64,000 nucleotides of DNA from Anthoceros angustus (Eukaryota > Plantae > Anthocerotophyta): the NCBI GenBank assembly GCA_010909165.1, contig MU008198.1, positions 340,216 through 404,215 on the forward strand, read 5' to 3'. A program made the translations under genes and the position numbers. The notes below the pieces were generated by a model. It did no database searches. It was not told the origin of the DNA and worked only from the letters and a program-made list of their open reading frames with translations. Of this stretch, positions 47,370 to 60,050 are shown in pieces (within the stretch, counting starts at the first letter, position 1; each line of letters begins with the position of its first letter).

Positions 47370-50300
47370 AGCAACTGAGCTCCCTACCTAGTGACAAACT
47401 GCACCCACAACAATGTCATATGCAGGTAGAATAAACGGCCTGCAAACCATGGAGGAAGAGGAAAAGGCATCACCCACCGTCGTCGCCTTATGGAGAATCG
47501 CCATTGAGAGCGCCCGTTGAAGAGCAATAGAAACCCGCCGGAAGTATGCCGTGAAGTACGAGAGGGACATGCACTATGCCTCACAAGATGGTAAGCTTTG
47601 GCACAAGACTTGATGAATTTGTCAAAGTCCTCACCATTGCCCCATACGCTTTAGAGCAAGCGGATAAAGAGGTGGCCCGCTTGCATCCCGCTATACTTGA
47701 CCTTGAGAGTCAGACGGCAAGGACGGTGGTGATGACTGCGAGGTGGCGCCACGCGTGTGGTCAAGAACCACTACATCCGCCACCACAACCTCGTCGCCAC
47801 GACAAGGTATAAGTCCGCCTCGATTGAACGACCGTAAGAAGAGTATACTCCCGCCTCCTCCAGCCATATAGCCACTTTCGCGAGCAATGGCAAACATGAC
47901 GCCACGGATGGCGCTGAGTGGCAATGCGGCGACTGGGGACAACGAGCAAGGTGGACACCGAGACGCCAAGAGCAGAGCCGCACTCACAAGTGAGGAGCCA
48001 AGAAGCCACAGCCGGAGTAGGCCGAGACGGAATCGCATCGCAAAGAGTGAAGGTGGTGGTGCGATGTGAAATCCTGATGCATGGGCGGGCCAAGAGCCAA
48101 GCACCCGCCTCCTTCCTGCAACAAGAGCGAGCCGCCTAGTGGACCTGGAGATGGAGGGGTCCCGGAGGATGATCAAAAGCTCGGCCGAGCCGCTCGAGTA
48201 GAGATGCCTCGCGCATGGTAAGCTTTGGCACAAGACTTGATGAATTTGTCAAAGTCCTCACCATTGCCCCATACGCTTTAGAGCAAGCGGATAAAGAGGT
48301 GGCCCGCTTGCATCCCGCTATACTTATGACCTTGAGAGCCGACGCAAGCACCGACGGTTGGTGATGACTGCGAGGTGGCGCCACGCGGTGGTCAGAACCA
48401 CTACATCCGCCACCACAACCTCGTCGCCACGACAAGGTATAAGTCCGCCTCGATTGAACGACCAGAAGAAGAGTATACTCCCGCCTCCTCCAGCCATATA
48501 GCCACTAAAGCAATGGCAAACATGACGCCACGGATGGCGCTGAGTGGCAATGCGGCGACTTCGTGGGGACAACGAGCAAGGTGGACACCGAGACGCCAAG
48601 AGCAGAGCCGCACTCACAAGTGAGGAGCCAAGAAGCCACAGCCGGAGTATCTTTGTGAAATCTGAGAGGACACCTGCACTATACTGCAGCGCATGGTAAG
48701 CTTTGGCACAAGACTTGATGAATTTGTCAAAGTCCTCACCATTGCCCCATACGCTTTAGAGCAAGCGGGATAAAGAGGTGGCCCGCTTGCATCCCGCTAT
48801 ACTTATGACCTTGAGAGCGCGCACGGCGGCCTGACGGTTGGTGATGACTGGCGGAGGTGGCGTCACGTCGGTCGGTAACCACTACATCCGCCACCACAAC
48901 ACAGTCGCCACGACAAGGTATAAGTCCGCCTCGATTGAACGACCAGAAGAAGAGTATACTCCCGCCTCCTCCAGCCATATAGCCACTTTCGCGAGCAATG
49001 GCAAACATGACGCCACGGATGGCGCTGAGTGGCAATGCGGCGACTCGTGGGGACAACGAGCAAGGTGGACACCGAGACGCCAAGAGCAGAGCCGCACTCA
49101 CAAGTGAGGCGAAGAAGCCACAGCCGGAGTAGGCCGAGACGGAATCGCATCGCAAAGAGTGAAGGTGGTTGGTGCGATGTGAAATCCTGATGCATGGGCG
49201 GGCCAAGAGCCAAGCACCGCCTCCTTCCTGCAACAAGAGCGAGCCGCCTAGTGGACCTGGAGATGGAGGGGTCCCGGAGGATGATCAAAAGCTCGGCCGA
49301 GCCGCTCGAGTAGAGATGCCTCGCAATCCCTAAAGCCATCTGATAAATGTAGAGAAAGGAGGGAAGTCCTTCCGAGCATCCGCCGATAACATGTCTCCGG
49401 CCCGCCTCAAGGACGATTGAGAGAGAAGGTTCCCTCCTCCACACTTGATACGAGATCCTCGAGAAAGGGCTTGTCATGGAGGATGAAACGGGAAGCCAAG
49501 GCAGGCAGAGGGCCCAACTCCCAAGAAAGCCGGGAAGAGACCTCGATGAGAGCACCCCACGCCCAAATTGCACAGTGGATGCTTGCCACCAGACGCCCTG
49601 TGGCACTCAAAAGCCCCGAGCCCAAGATGTCCCCAAGAGTATCCATAATCTTCAGATCAAACCCCGAGCCGGACAAAAGGACCGAGACTGAGGCAGACGG
49701 ATGAGGTACCTGTGGCGCCTAGCAAAAAGGAAAGGATTCCAAAGGCCACCCGAGCATCCTCCAAAGAAAGGAGGTCTTCAATATGGGAGAGGTCCTCTGC
49801 AAGGGCCTTGTCCAGAAGCTCCCAATGAAGTCTGGGAACCAAAGGGGACCCCAAGAACTGCATCAAGAGCCGAGCAATCTCCCAGCAGAAACCGCAGAGT
49901 AGGCGTGATCCCCGACGGAGACCACGCTGCACTTGGACATCTTGACCTTCAAGCCCACCAACGAAAGCTCTAAGAGAATATCTCAAAGGCCTCCTTGACT
50001 TTGTCCCTGTGCCCGAGGATGTGAGAATCGCCAACGAAGGGAAGACACACTGGCTGGAGAGGGCGGCCCAGACAGGCCCTATAGTGAGCAATAGCGAAGA
50101 GAGCACCAGCGGTCGCCTTGCTCGGTACCGTGGCCGATTCCAAGACGAGACGGCAAACTCAAGAGACGTTTGTGCCGGTAGTAGAGGTTGGAGGACCTCC
50201 GTAGAAGCACCGGACAAAGGGTATAAGACTCAGACGCCGCCAAGATCCCTAAGCTCCTCAAAGATGACGCCCGGAAATGGTATTGAAGGCGCTCGACATC

Positions 50301-53300
50301 CACCGTAAGACTACCCAATCCGGGTGGGTATCAAGGCAAGCTTTCACCCCTAGCACCATGCATCAGCCTGAGTGGCAATGCCAAATTGAAGGGGTTGAAG
50401 TGCCGGAGAAGGGAGCGGCATCAGAGGGCGATAGTGCGGCCGAGTAGCCGCATGAAGGCCTCCCAACCGCGAGTGGGCGACGCCGAGTGAAGGTGCTTGT
50501 CCATAGCGACAAGCCTACTAGCCGCAAGAACAAATCCGGTGAGGCATCTCTCCACGAGCCACCGCAGCAGAGAAAAGAGCTCGAAAGCCGCTAGATGGAT
50601 CTTCGGGAGAAAGAGGTCCCTAAGGTGTTCGAACACCATTCCCGACAAACCGCAGATGAAAGACGAGGGGTTGTGGAGAGAGCTGAGCAAAAGCCGCCCG
50701 TGGGAGAAGGGATCCTCGGGACATAGTCGGATATGTCCGGGAATGGCATCCTTAGGTGGCGGATGGAGGGCAGAGGGCAATTGTCTCTTCAAGCGGAGGC
50801 CGAGGCAGATCGCATCGCAGAGTGAAGGTGGTTGGTGCGATGTGAAATCCCGTATGCATGGGCGGGCCAAGAGCCAAGCACCGCCTCCTTCCTGTAACAA
50901 GAGCGAGCCGCCTAGTGGACCTGGAGATGGAGGGGTCCCGGAGGATGATCAAAAGCTCGGCCGAGCCGCTCGAGTAGAGATGCCTCGCAATCCCTAAAGC
51001 CATCGATGATAAATGTAGAGAAAGGAGGGAAGTCCTTCCGAGCATCCGCCGATAACATGTCTCCGGCCCGCCTCAAGGACGATTGAGAGAGAAGGTTCCC
51101 TCCTCCACACTTGATACGAGATCCTCGAGAAAGGGCTTGTCATGGAGGATGAAACGGGAAGCCAAGGCAGGCAGAGGGCCCAACTCCCAAGAAAGCCGCC
51201 GGGAAGAGACCTCGATGAGAGCCCCACGCCCAAATTGCACAGTGGATGCTTGCAGGCGGGCAGGCAGGCACTCAAAAGCCCCGAGCCCAAGATGTCCCCA
51301 AGAGTATCCATAATCTTCAGATCAAACCCCGAGCCGGACAAAAGGACCGAGACTGAGGCAGACGGATGAGGTACCAGGCGCCTAGCAAAGCAGAAGGAAA
51401 GGATTCCAAAGGCCACAGGCATCCTCCAAAGAAAGGAGGTCTTCAATATGGGAGAGGTCCTCTGCAAGGGCCTTGTCCAGAAGCTCCCAATGAAGTCGGG
51501 GAACCAAAGGGGACCCCAAGAACTGCATCAAGAGCCGAGCAATCTCCCAGCAGAAACCGCAGAGTAGGCGTGATCCCCGACGGGACCGCTGCACTTGGAC
51601 ATCTTGACCTTCAAGCCCACCAACGAAAGCTCGAAGAGAATATCTCAAAGGCCTCCTTGACTTTGTCCCTGTGCCCGAGGATGTGAGAATCGCCCCGCCA
51701 ACGAAGGGAAGACACACAGGCTGGAGAGGGCGGCCCAGACAGGCCCTATAGTGAGCAATAGCGAAGAGAGCACTAGCGGTCGCCTTGCTCGGTACCGTGG
51801 CCGATTCCAAGACGAGACGAAACTCAAGAGACGTTCAGGCCGGTAGTAGAGGTTGGAGGACCTCCGTAGAAGCACCGGACAAAGGGTATAAGACTCAGAC
51901 GCCGCCAAGATCCCTAAGCTCCTCAAAGATGACGCCCGGAAATGGTATTGAAGGCGCTCGACATCCACCGTAAGACTACCCAATCCGGGTGGGTATCAAG
52001 GCAAGCCACCCCTAGCACCATGCACTCAGCCCCTGAGTGGCAATGCCAAATTGAAGGGGTTGAAGTGCCGGAGAAGGGAGCGCATCAGAGGCGATAGTGC
52101 GGCCGAGTAGCCGCATGAAGGCCTCCCAACCGCGAGTGGGCGACGCCGAGAAGTGTGCTTGTCCATAGCGAAGCCTACTAGCCGCAAGAACAACCGGTGA
52201 GGCATCTCTCCACGAGCCACCGCAGAGAAAAGAGCTCGGAAGAGAATATCTCAAAGGCCTCCTTGACTTTGTCCCTGTGCCCGAGGATGTGAGAATCGCC
52301 AACGAAGGGAAGACACAGCTGCTGGAGAGGGCGGCCCAGACAGGCCCTATAGTGAGCAATAGCGAAGAGAGCACCGCCTAGCGGTCGCCTTGCTCGGTAC
52401 CGTGGCCGATTCCAAGACGAGACGGCAAACTCAAGAGACGTTTGTGCCGGTAGTAGAGGTTGGAGGACCTCCGTAGAAGCACCGGACAAGGTATAAGACT
52501 CAGACGCCGCCAAGATCCCTAAGCTCCTCAAAGATGACGCCCGGAAATGGTATTGAAGGCGCTCGACATCCACCGTAAGACTACCCAATCCGGGTGGGTA
52601 TCAAGGCAAGCCACCCCTAGCACCATGCACTCAGCCCTGAGTGGCAATGCCAAATTGAAGGGGTTGAAGTGCCGGAGAAGGGAGCGCATCAGAGGCGATA
52701 GTGCGGCCGAGTAGCCGCATGAAGGCCTCCCAACCGCGAGTGGGCGACGCCGAGAAGTGTGCTTGTCCATAGCGAAGCCTACTAGCCGCAAGAACAACCG
52801 GTGAGGCATCTCTCCACGAGCCACCGCAGAGAAAAGAGCTCGGAAAGCCGCTAGATGGATCTTCGGGAGAAAGAGGTCCCTAAGGTGTTCGAACACCATT
52901 CCCGACAAACCGCAGATGAAAGACGAGGGGTTGTGGAGAGAGAGCAAAAGCCGCCCGTCCAGTGGAGAAGGGATCCTCCGGCAAAGGGAGGTCTTCAATA
53001 TGGGAGAGGTCCTCTGCAAGGGCCTTGTCCAGAAGCTCCCAATGAAGTCGGGGAACCAAAGGGGACCCCAAGAACTGCATCAAGAGCCGAGCAATCTCCC
53101 AGCAGAAACCGCAGAGTAGGCGTGATCCCCGACGGGACCGCTGCACTTGGACATCTTGACCTTCAAGCCCACCAACGAAAGCTCTAAGAGAATATCTCAA
53201 AGGCCTCCTTGACTTTGTCCCTGTGCCCGAGGATGTGAGAATCGCCCGCCAACGAAGGGAAGACACACAGGCTGGAGAGGGCGGCCCAGACAGGCCCTAT

Positions 53301-55255
53301 AGTGAGCAATAGCGAAGAGAGCACTAGCGGTCGCCTTGCTCGGTACCGTGGCCGATTCCAAGACGAGACGAAACTCAAGAGACGTTCAGGCCGGTAGTAG
53401 AGGTTGGAGGACCTCCGTAGAAGCACCGGACAAAGGGTATAAGACTCAGACGCCGCCAAGATCCCTAAGCTCCTCAAAGATGACGCCCGGAAATGGTATT
53501 GAAGGCGCTCGACATCCACCGTAAGACTACCCAATCCGGGTGGGTATCAAGGCAAGCCACCCCTAGCACCATGCACTCAGCCCTGAGTGGCAATGCCAAA
53601 TTGAAGGGGTTGAAGTGCCGGAGAAGGGAGCGCATCAGAGGCGATAGTGCGGCCGAGTAGCCGCATGAAGGCCTCCCAACCGCGAGTGGGCGACGCCGAG
53701 AAGTGTGCTTGTCCATAGCGAAGCCTACTAGCCGCAAGAACAACCGGTGAGGCATCTCTCCACGAGCCACCGCAGAGAAAAGAGCTCGGAAGAGAATATC
53801 TCAAAGGCCTCCTTGACTTTGTCCCTGTGCCCGAGGATGTGAGAATCGCCAACGAAGGGAAGACACAGCTGCTGGAGAGGGCGGCCCAGACAGGCCCTAT
53901 AGTGAGCAATAGCGAAGAGAGCACCGCCTAGCGGTCGCCTTGCTCGGTACCGTGGCCGATTCCAAGACGAGACGGCAAACTCAAGAGACGTTTGTGCCGG
54001 TAGTAGAGGTTGGAGGACCTCCGTAGAAGCACCGGACAAAGGGTATAAGACTCAGACGCCGCCAAGATCCCTAAGCTCCTCAAAGATGACGCCCGGAAAT
54101 GGTATTGAAGGCGTTCTCGACATCCACATAAGACTACCCAATCCGGGTGGGTATCAAGGCAAGCTTTCACCCCTAGCACCACGGACTCACGGCCCGGGTA
54201 TGCCAAATTGAAGGGGTTGAAGTGCCGGAGAAGGAGGCGGCTGCGAGGCGATAGTGCGGCCGAGTAGCCGCATGAAGGCCTCCCAACCGCGAGTGGGCGA
54301 CGCCGAGTGAAGGTGCTTGTCCATAGCGAAGCCTACTAGGCTGCAAAGAGTGAAATCCGGTGAGGCATCTCTCCACGAGCCACCGCAGCAGCCAGAGAAA
54401 AGAGCTCTGGAAAGCCGCTGGATGGATCTTCGGGAGAAAGAGGTCCCTAAGGTGTTCGAACACCATTCCCGACAAACCGCAGATGAAAGACGAGGGGTTG
54501 TGGAGAGCGAGCAAAAGCCGCCCGTCCAGTGGAGAAGGGATCCTCGGGACATAGTCGGATATGTCCGGGAATGGCATCCTTAGGTGGCGGATGGAGGCAC
54601 ATAGGGCAGCAATTGTCTCTTCAAGCGGAGGCCGAGGGACGGGTCAAGAGCCCTAGCAACATGGCATATTCACCCACTTTGGCCAAGCAACCCGAGGTTT
54701 GTTGCATTACCCGCACTGCTCCAACCGGCCGATTCCGCCCGGACTTGGCAAAGACGCACGCCTCCTCCTCAAGAGCCGCCTACCGCCACCAAACGTCAAG
54801 ACGGCTAGCAACTTCACGGTGCCCAGAAGCCCCTCCTAGTGCACCGAAGACACCATCGGGGGAGAAGAAGGAGGAGGCACCAAGCTAACTCATCCCGGGG
54901 ATCGAGCGCAAGGCGATCTAGGGAAGACGAAATGCCAGACGGCATCATCGTGAAGGTGCCGAGGAAGCCTGCGGAAGATGCGCGGACATGGAAAGCGGGT
55001 TTCGAACATCCCAAGGATGTGATCCAGCGACCGCAACCATTCCCAGGAAGAAAGAGGCACCACAAGGAGAAAGCTCACTGGCGGGCCGGGCGTGGAGGAG
55101 GTCGCACAGGCACTTGGGCAGCCTGTAGTCCGGTCGAAATCTTTATGCATGTGCCCGAGGTGAGTTTTCACCCCTTGGCCTTGTGATGAGTTGAGCATGA
55201 TCGACAAGGAGTGTCCTTGACAGTCACGGAGGGTGTGGATCGCCCCATTGGATGG
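47370..55255 (-). mobile_element. R2/CRE-superfamily non-LTR retrotransposon (RT + RLE), degenerate and internally multiplied
   Basis: Minus-strand pieces: WEWLRSLD, FEHLRDLF, LQPLQFGIA, DTHPDWVVL..AFNTIS, GTEQGD, FPSLAGDSHILG (RT motif 5 region), and RLE-type SAIRGVMFAIARESGY…VVVADVVV…HLFIPLA. No APE or integrase motifs seen. Confidence 0.85.
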
Positions 55256-55877
55256 GGGACGAAAAGGTATTTAGTTGTTTTCTTCTCCAATGCTTACAGT
55301 ACATGGACAGAAATTGGTGCTAGGACAAACCAAGACTAAGATTTTGTGTGATTTTAGCTCAAGTATTTGTTATTAGTATCCACTAACAAGCCGTCTTCTA
55401 CGAAATAATGCACCTCACGGTGCAATTTTTTGAAGGGGGTACACTTTGGAAATCCTTGGGGCACACTGAGATGTTTCCATTGAAATCCTTAACTAACCTT
55501 AGCTTGTGTAAGTCTCCTTGAAAGCATACAGAATGAATTATTATTTAAATTAATTAGATAGATATATAATTATATAAGTAAATATAAATATTTTATATTG
55601 AATAAAATATTATTTTATTTATTCAAAACATATCTTCTTTAATGGGACTTCATGCTGATTCTGAGTTCTACCTACAATGAATTATCCATCCTATCTTCAT
55701 AAGATAGATAAAAATTTAAGAGAAACCATTGATTGCAAAATGGCTATCTATCTTGACCCATAATTGATTGGAGCTATGGGTATGAATTATAAGTTAACTA
55801 TATTTCAAGGAAAAAGAGTGACATTCTTAAATACACTCTTCCCAAATTAGGAAATATTTTTATTACACATGTGAGTT

Positions 55878-56487
55878 ATGGCAGCAGACACAGGTAACGT
55901 GCACTCCATTCATACACCAGAGGAGTGGCATGCAAAGTTAAAAGAAGCTGCACAAATTCATCGAATTGTAAGTAATATCTTTTCTAGAAGCATATATGTG
56001 ACCTTTATAAACATTCAATAAGGAGTGAAATTCTCAAAGAATACTTAGCGTATCATGTTTAGCATATTCATTTCATAATTCAATTTTATTCTAAAATTCC
56101 TTGTGCATAGATTGTAGTTGACTTTACTGCCACCTGGTGCGGGCCTTGTAAATTTATGGCTCCTTATTTTGTTGAGCTTTCAAAGAAATTTCCTGAAATT
56201 ATTTTCTTGAAAGTTGACGTAGATGAGCTCAATGTGAGTAAACAAATTATTGAGAAGCATTCTTTCAATCTAACGTAGGACCTCTTGCTTGCTCTACAAA
56301 ATCTAGACTATTGACACTAATTGTTGTTGATAACCTAAATAATCTATAGGATATCGCAGTGAAGTGGGATGTGCAAGCAATGCCCAGCTTCATTTTTATC
56401 AAGGACCAAAAGGAGGTTGATAAGCTTGTAGGAGCAAGCAAGGAAGAATTAGATAAAAAGTGTCGATTTTTCTCACAACAACATTAA
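55878..56487 (+). CDS. TRXh: Thioredoxin h (116 aa, 3 exons, WCGPC)
   Basis: Exons 55878-55967, 56111-56233, 56350-56487: [13 protein letters not shown]…[18 protein letters not shown]…FLKVDVDEL…[11 protein letters not shown]…LVGA. Confidence 0.96.
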
Positions 56488-58139
56488 TGACTCAAGGACC
56501 CATAAGCTCAAACAACTTACTACCACATTGTATTATAATTGGCTCATTTTTTCATCATTTAAGAAGATCAACAAAGAACGGATTTCTCAAGAATAATTAC
56601 ACTTCAGCTTCTTCTTTGAAATTAACAGAATAAAGAGCTAAGACAAATGAGAAATTGTATTGGACAAAACTTGTCATGTACCCAACATAAGCACTAGCAC
56701 AATACTTGCTTAACGTTCTTTGTTTGCTGAGAATATTGATAACTCATGAATTCATCCATGTGTTGAGAAAATGATACCCCAAGAATATTCCAAATATCTA
56801 GATACACAAAGACAATCTTACCTTATTTCATGTATCCAAATAAAACCCCCATCCATCTCATTATTATATGTATAATGAATACAAGAGGTCTAATACTTAC
56901 TACTACATAACCACTAACAAGTTAAGTGTCCCTACCTAATTGGATTTCCCGTCGTTTTTTCACCTTAATAAAAACATTTTCCATTGTATATATAAGGTAT
57001 GGGATTTTATTTCAATCCTTTTATTGCTGAAAATCATACATAATACCTTTGCCACATTTATCTAGTCTTACATCTTTTGAAATGGGCAAGTCTATTTCTT
57101 TTCCACTAAACTAGCAAGCCTATCTTATCACCACCCTTGAAATTGACAATGTTCTTTATAGTGGTTGTATTTTAGTGATAAAAATTGCCATCCCAACTAC
57201 CACATTTTGTCTTCATGTTGTTCTTTTAAGGGATCGTCTTGTCCCTCGTTAGGGCTGTCGTCATTACTAGCTATGTAATCTCATTATCAAATATTTTGAT
57301 TTTTTATTGTTCATTATTGAACCTAATTAAAAATTAGGGTGTATGGGTGACTACATAAAGGTCTAAAAGTAAGAAAATGTGCAGCTAGACATGATATTAC
57401 TAAGATCAATTCACCTAAACTTTAAACTAGTATATAGTTTAAAGTTTAGGTGAACACTACATTGTCTTGGTGTGGATGGGACTTCCCATCTTTGCATATT
57501 TTGACAATCGCAATTTTCAAGACAGTTTCGAATGTGGGGAACATAGCATCTTTAGCCTCGGCGGTTAGTAGGCCCTTCCCTATTCCAGATTATGACATCT
57601 TTGGAGAAGTAGGTAGCTTTGGAGTAGACATTCGGGGGGCCTAATCCCCTTTGGTCTAAGGTCCTCCATAGGGTTGTTCCCCATTGCCCTGGTGTAGATT
57701 GGACTTCGCATCTCTACATATTTATAAAGTCTCCACTTTTATTTACATGTGTATATATTATTTTTAATATCTTTATGATATGATCTTGTTATAATTATAG
57801 GAAATTAGGTCTATTGTTTGACAGCCTGTGAGCATTACCCATCAATTTCACCAATAGTAAAATTGATGGGGTATGTTATACTCCATATAATTTTGAGTTT
57901 GCCAAAGGGCCTTACAACATGAGCTCTTTTTAGCAGATCACTAGGTAATTAGAATAAAACTAATAATTTATAAAAATTATTTGATCTTTACAACTCAGCC
58001 AGTCTCGAAGACATCCGCATATACCCGATATATACCTATATGGATTACTGCTCCCTAATTTGCTCACAAGAGACTAGGGCTTCACTTGTGATGTGTTCCA
58101 TCTATCCATTTTATCGCCGTTCAACTTCAAATTATGCTT

Positions 58140-58766
58140 TCTTTCTATTCAATTCTCTTATTGGTTGAAACACGAAGTCGCAAACCTATTGTTGCTCTTT
58201 CTTTTGTGGAGGCGGAATATATGGTAGCATCTCATGCTACTAAAGAGGCAGTTTGATTGGTCAAGTTTACTATTGTTGCTCTTTCTTCTCTCCGAGTTTG
58301 GTCATCGTCATACCACACCAACTATTTTTTACATGGATAGTCAAGGTTCTATAAGGTTTGGACATAACCCTGAGCTTCTCCATCGTGCAAAATTTATTGA
58401 TATTGCTTTCATTATGTTCAGGAAAAAGTTGAAGCACGGGTGATTGAGTTTCGATATATTATTGCGGCAACTATGAAGGCAAATGGTTTTACTAAGATTT
58501 TACCTTTGACGTCTGAGGAGTTATCTAACTCTAAACAAGATGCGGTGAAAGGGTGTTGAATATTCCTAGATATTGTTAAGGACTCATAAGCATGGTTTTT
58601 TCCTTGGTCGTAGGTTTTTTCTAGGGTCTTTACTATTATAAATAGTTTAATATTGTTTCGGACCTCATTGTACACATATTGTCATGCATCTTAAGTGTTC
58701 ACACCTCTTGTTATAAAGCTACTTTTGTGCTACTTGCTTGTCTTGTACTTATTCACTATTCTAATA
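58140..58766 (+). mobile_element. Ty1/copia RNase H remnant with PPT and ~213 bp 3' LTR
   Basis: EAEYMVASHATKEAV, YMDSQGSI..NPELLHRAKFIDI, FTKILP; GAAAGGG then TGTTGA at 58554 through CTAATA at 58766. Confidence 0.85.
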
Positions 58767-60050
58767 TGCTATCATAGTCCTCATGTACCTTCGAACTCAC
58801 ACCAGGGTAGTGCATCTAGAAATTGGAAAACAACGAAGGGACTTTGCTCGATGATAACTCATTAACATTTACAGTACTTAATGCCGCTTCAAGACTGCCC
58901 ACTGCCATTTAACCAAATAAAGCAGCATACAGTAGGCATGCTTTCACACCTTTAGCAACCACCCTACACTGTTTGTTGGACGAATGATCTTTGTTTTGTG
59001 TTTGTGATTAGTTGCCCCTCTATAAAGGGCAAGTTAGGCTCTGTTGTATGAGTCATTTTGCATGAGACCACCATTTCTTTAAGTAAAAAGACCACCTGGC
59101 TCATTGCCCTGTTAAATGATGAATCACTAGGAGGAGATAAGTATCCCCTACACACGACTTGCTGGTAGGTTTTGACACATAGTGTTAGGCACATGTACTA
59201 AGGAAATAGCAGGCTTGTCATAACATCAACTTCTGTTCATACAGGAGGTTAGCCAGGTCGACCCGTCAGGCTAGCAAGCTCTTTGAAAGAAAAAGGGCGT
59301 GTGAGGAGCAGCAGTTTATAAGAGTAATAATTGAATGGAAATGGGACCTGGTTCAAGATCAGCAATAGAAACGAATGCTCAACTCAACAGTCACGAAGTC
59401 TTGCGACGAGCTGGAAACGACTATACACCGTAGCTGGACACATATAGTTCCGTGGGTTGTAGCAACAATTGAAAAGCAAGAAAGTGGCAAGCTTTGTAAG
59501 CCTGCTAGCCAGCCAACTGTCATCATGTACAGGAGCAGGCCCATATTTTGTAAAAGCCCTACAGTTTGCAAAGCCTGCTATTACAAAATATGGGCAGTCT
59601 CTAGCCCATCTTTCTCCCTAGTACATAATCAAAAGATGGCAGTCTCACCAAGCCCGAGGCTCCAGCATATTATGAGAAATGCTAAACTACTCCTTGTCAG
59701 CCCTGGTGGGGACCCATATTGTTTTAGAGCTCAGCTAGCATTGAAGGCCGTTTCTTCCGCCGTTCCTACCAAGCCCATAGGGAAAGTAAAATTAATTTTA
59801 TTACCTAAAACAATGCAATGTATGTAGGTCGAAACGTATTTTCCTCAAGTTCCAAGCCAAGGTCTACCAAAACTGTGATCACCGACGCGTTGGTGTAGGT
59901 ACTCGCAAGCGCCGGCCTGCCTGCCTGCCTGCAGAGCGTTTGAAGTATCGGAGCAAGTGGCGTACGGCGCCATCGTGTTTGCGCATTGCATTGTTGGCGG
60001 TGTTTTTGCGCACTCGCTCGCACGCAGGGGTAGCGGCAGAGCAGCCGAGC

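Noticed and set aside
48838-54888. Many plus-strand 60-166 aa ORFs
   Set aside because: Antisense shadows of the GC-rich retroelement; RT/RLE motifs are on the minus strand.
47060-55300. Target-site duplication around the non-LTR element
   Set aside because: No convincing direct repeat found between the two flanks by eye.
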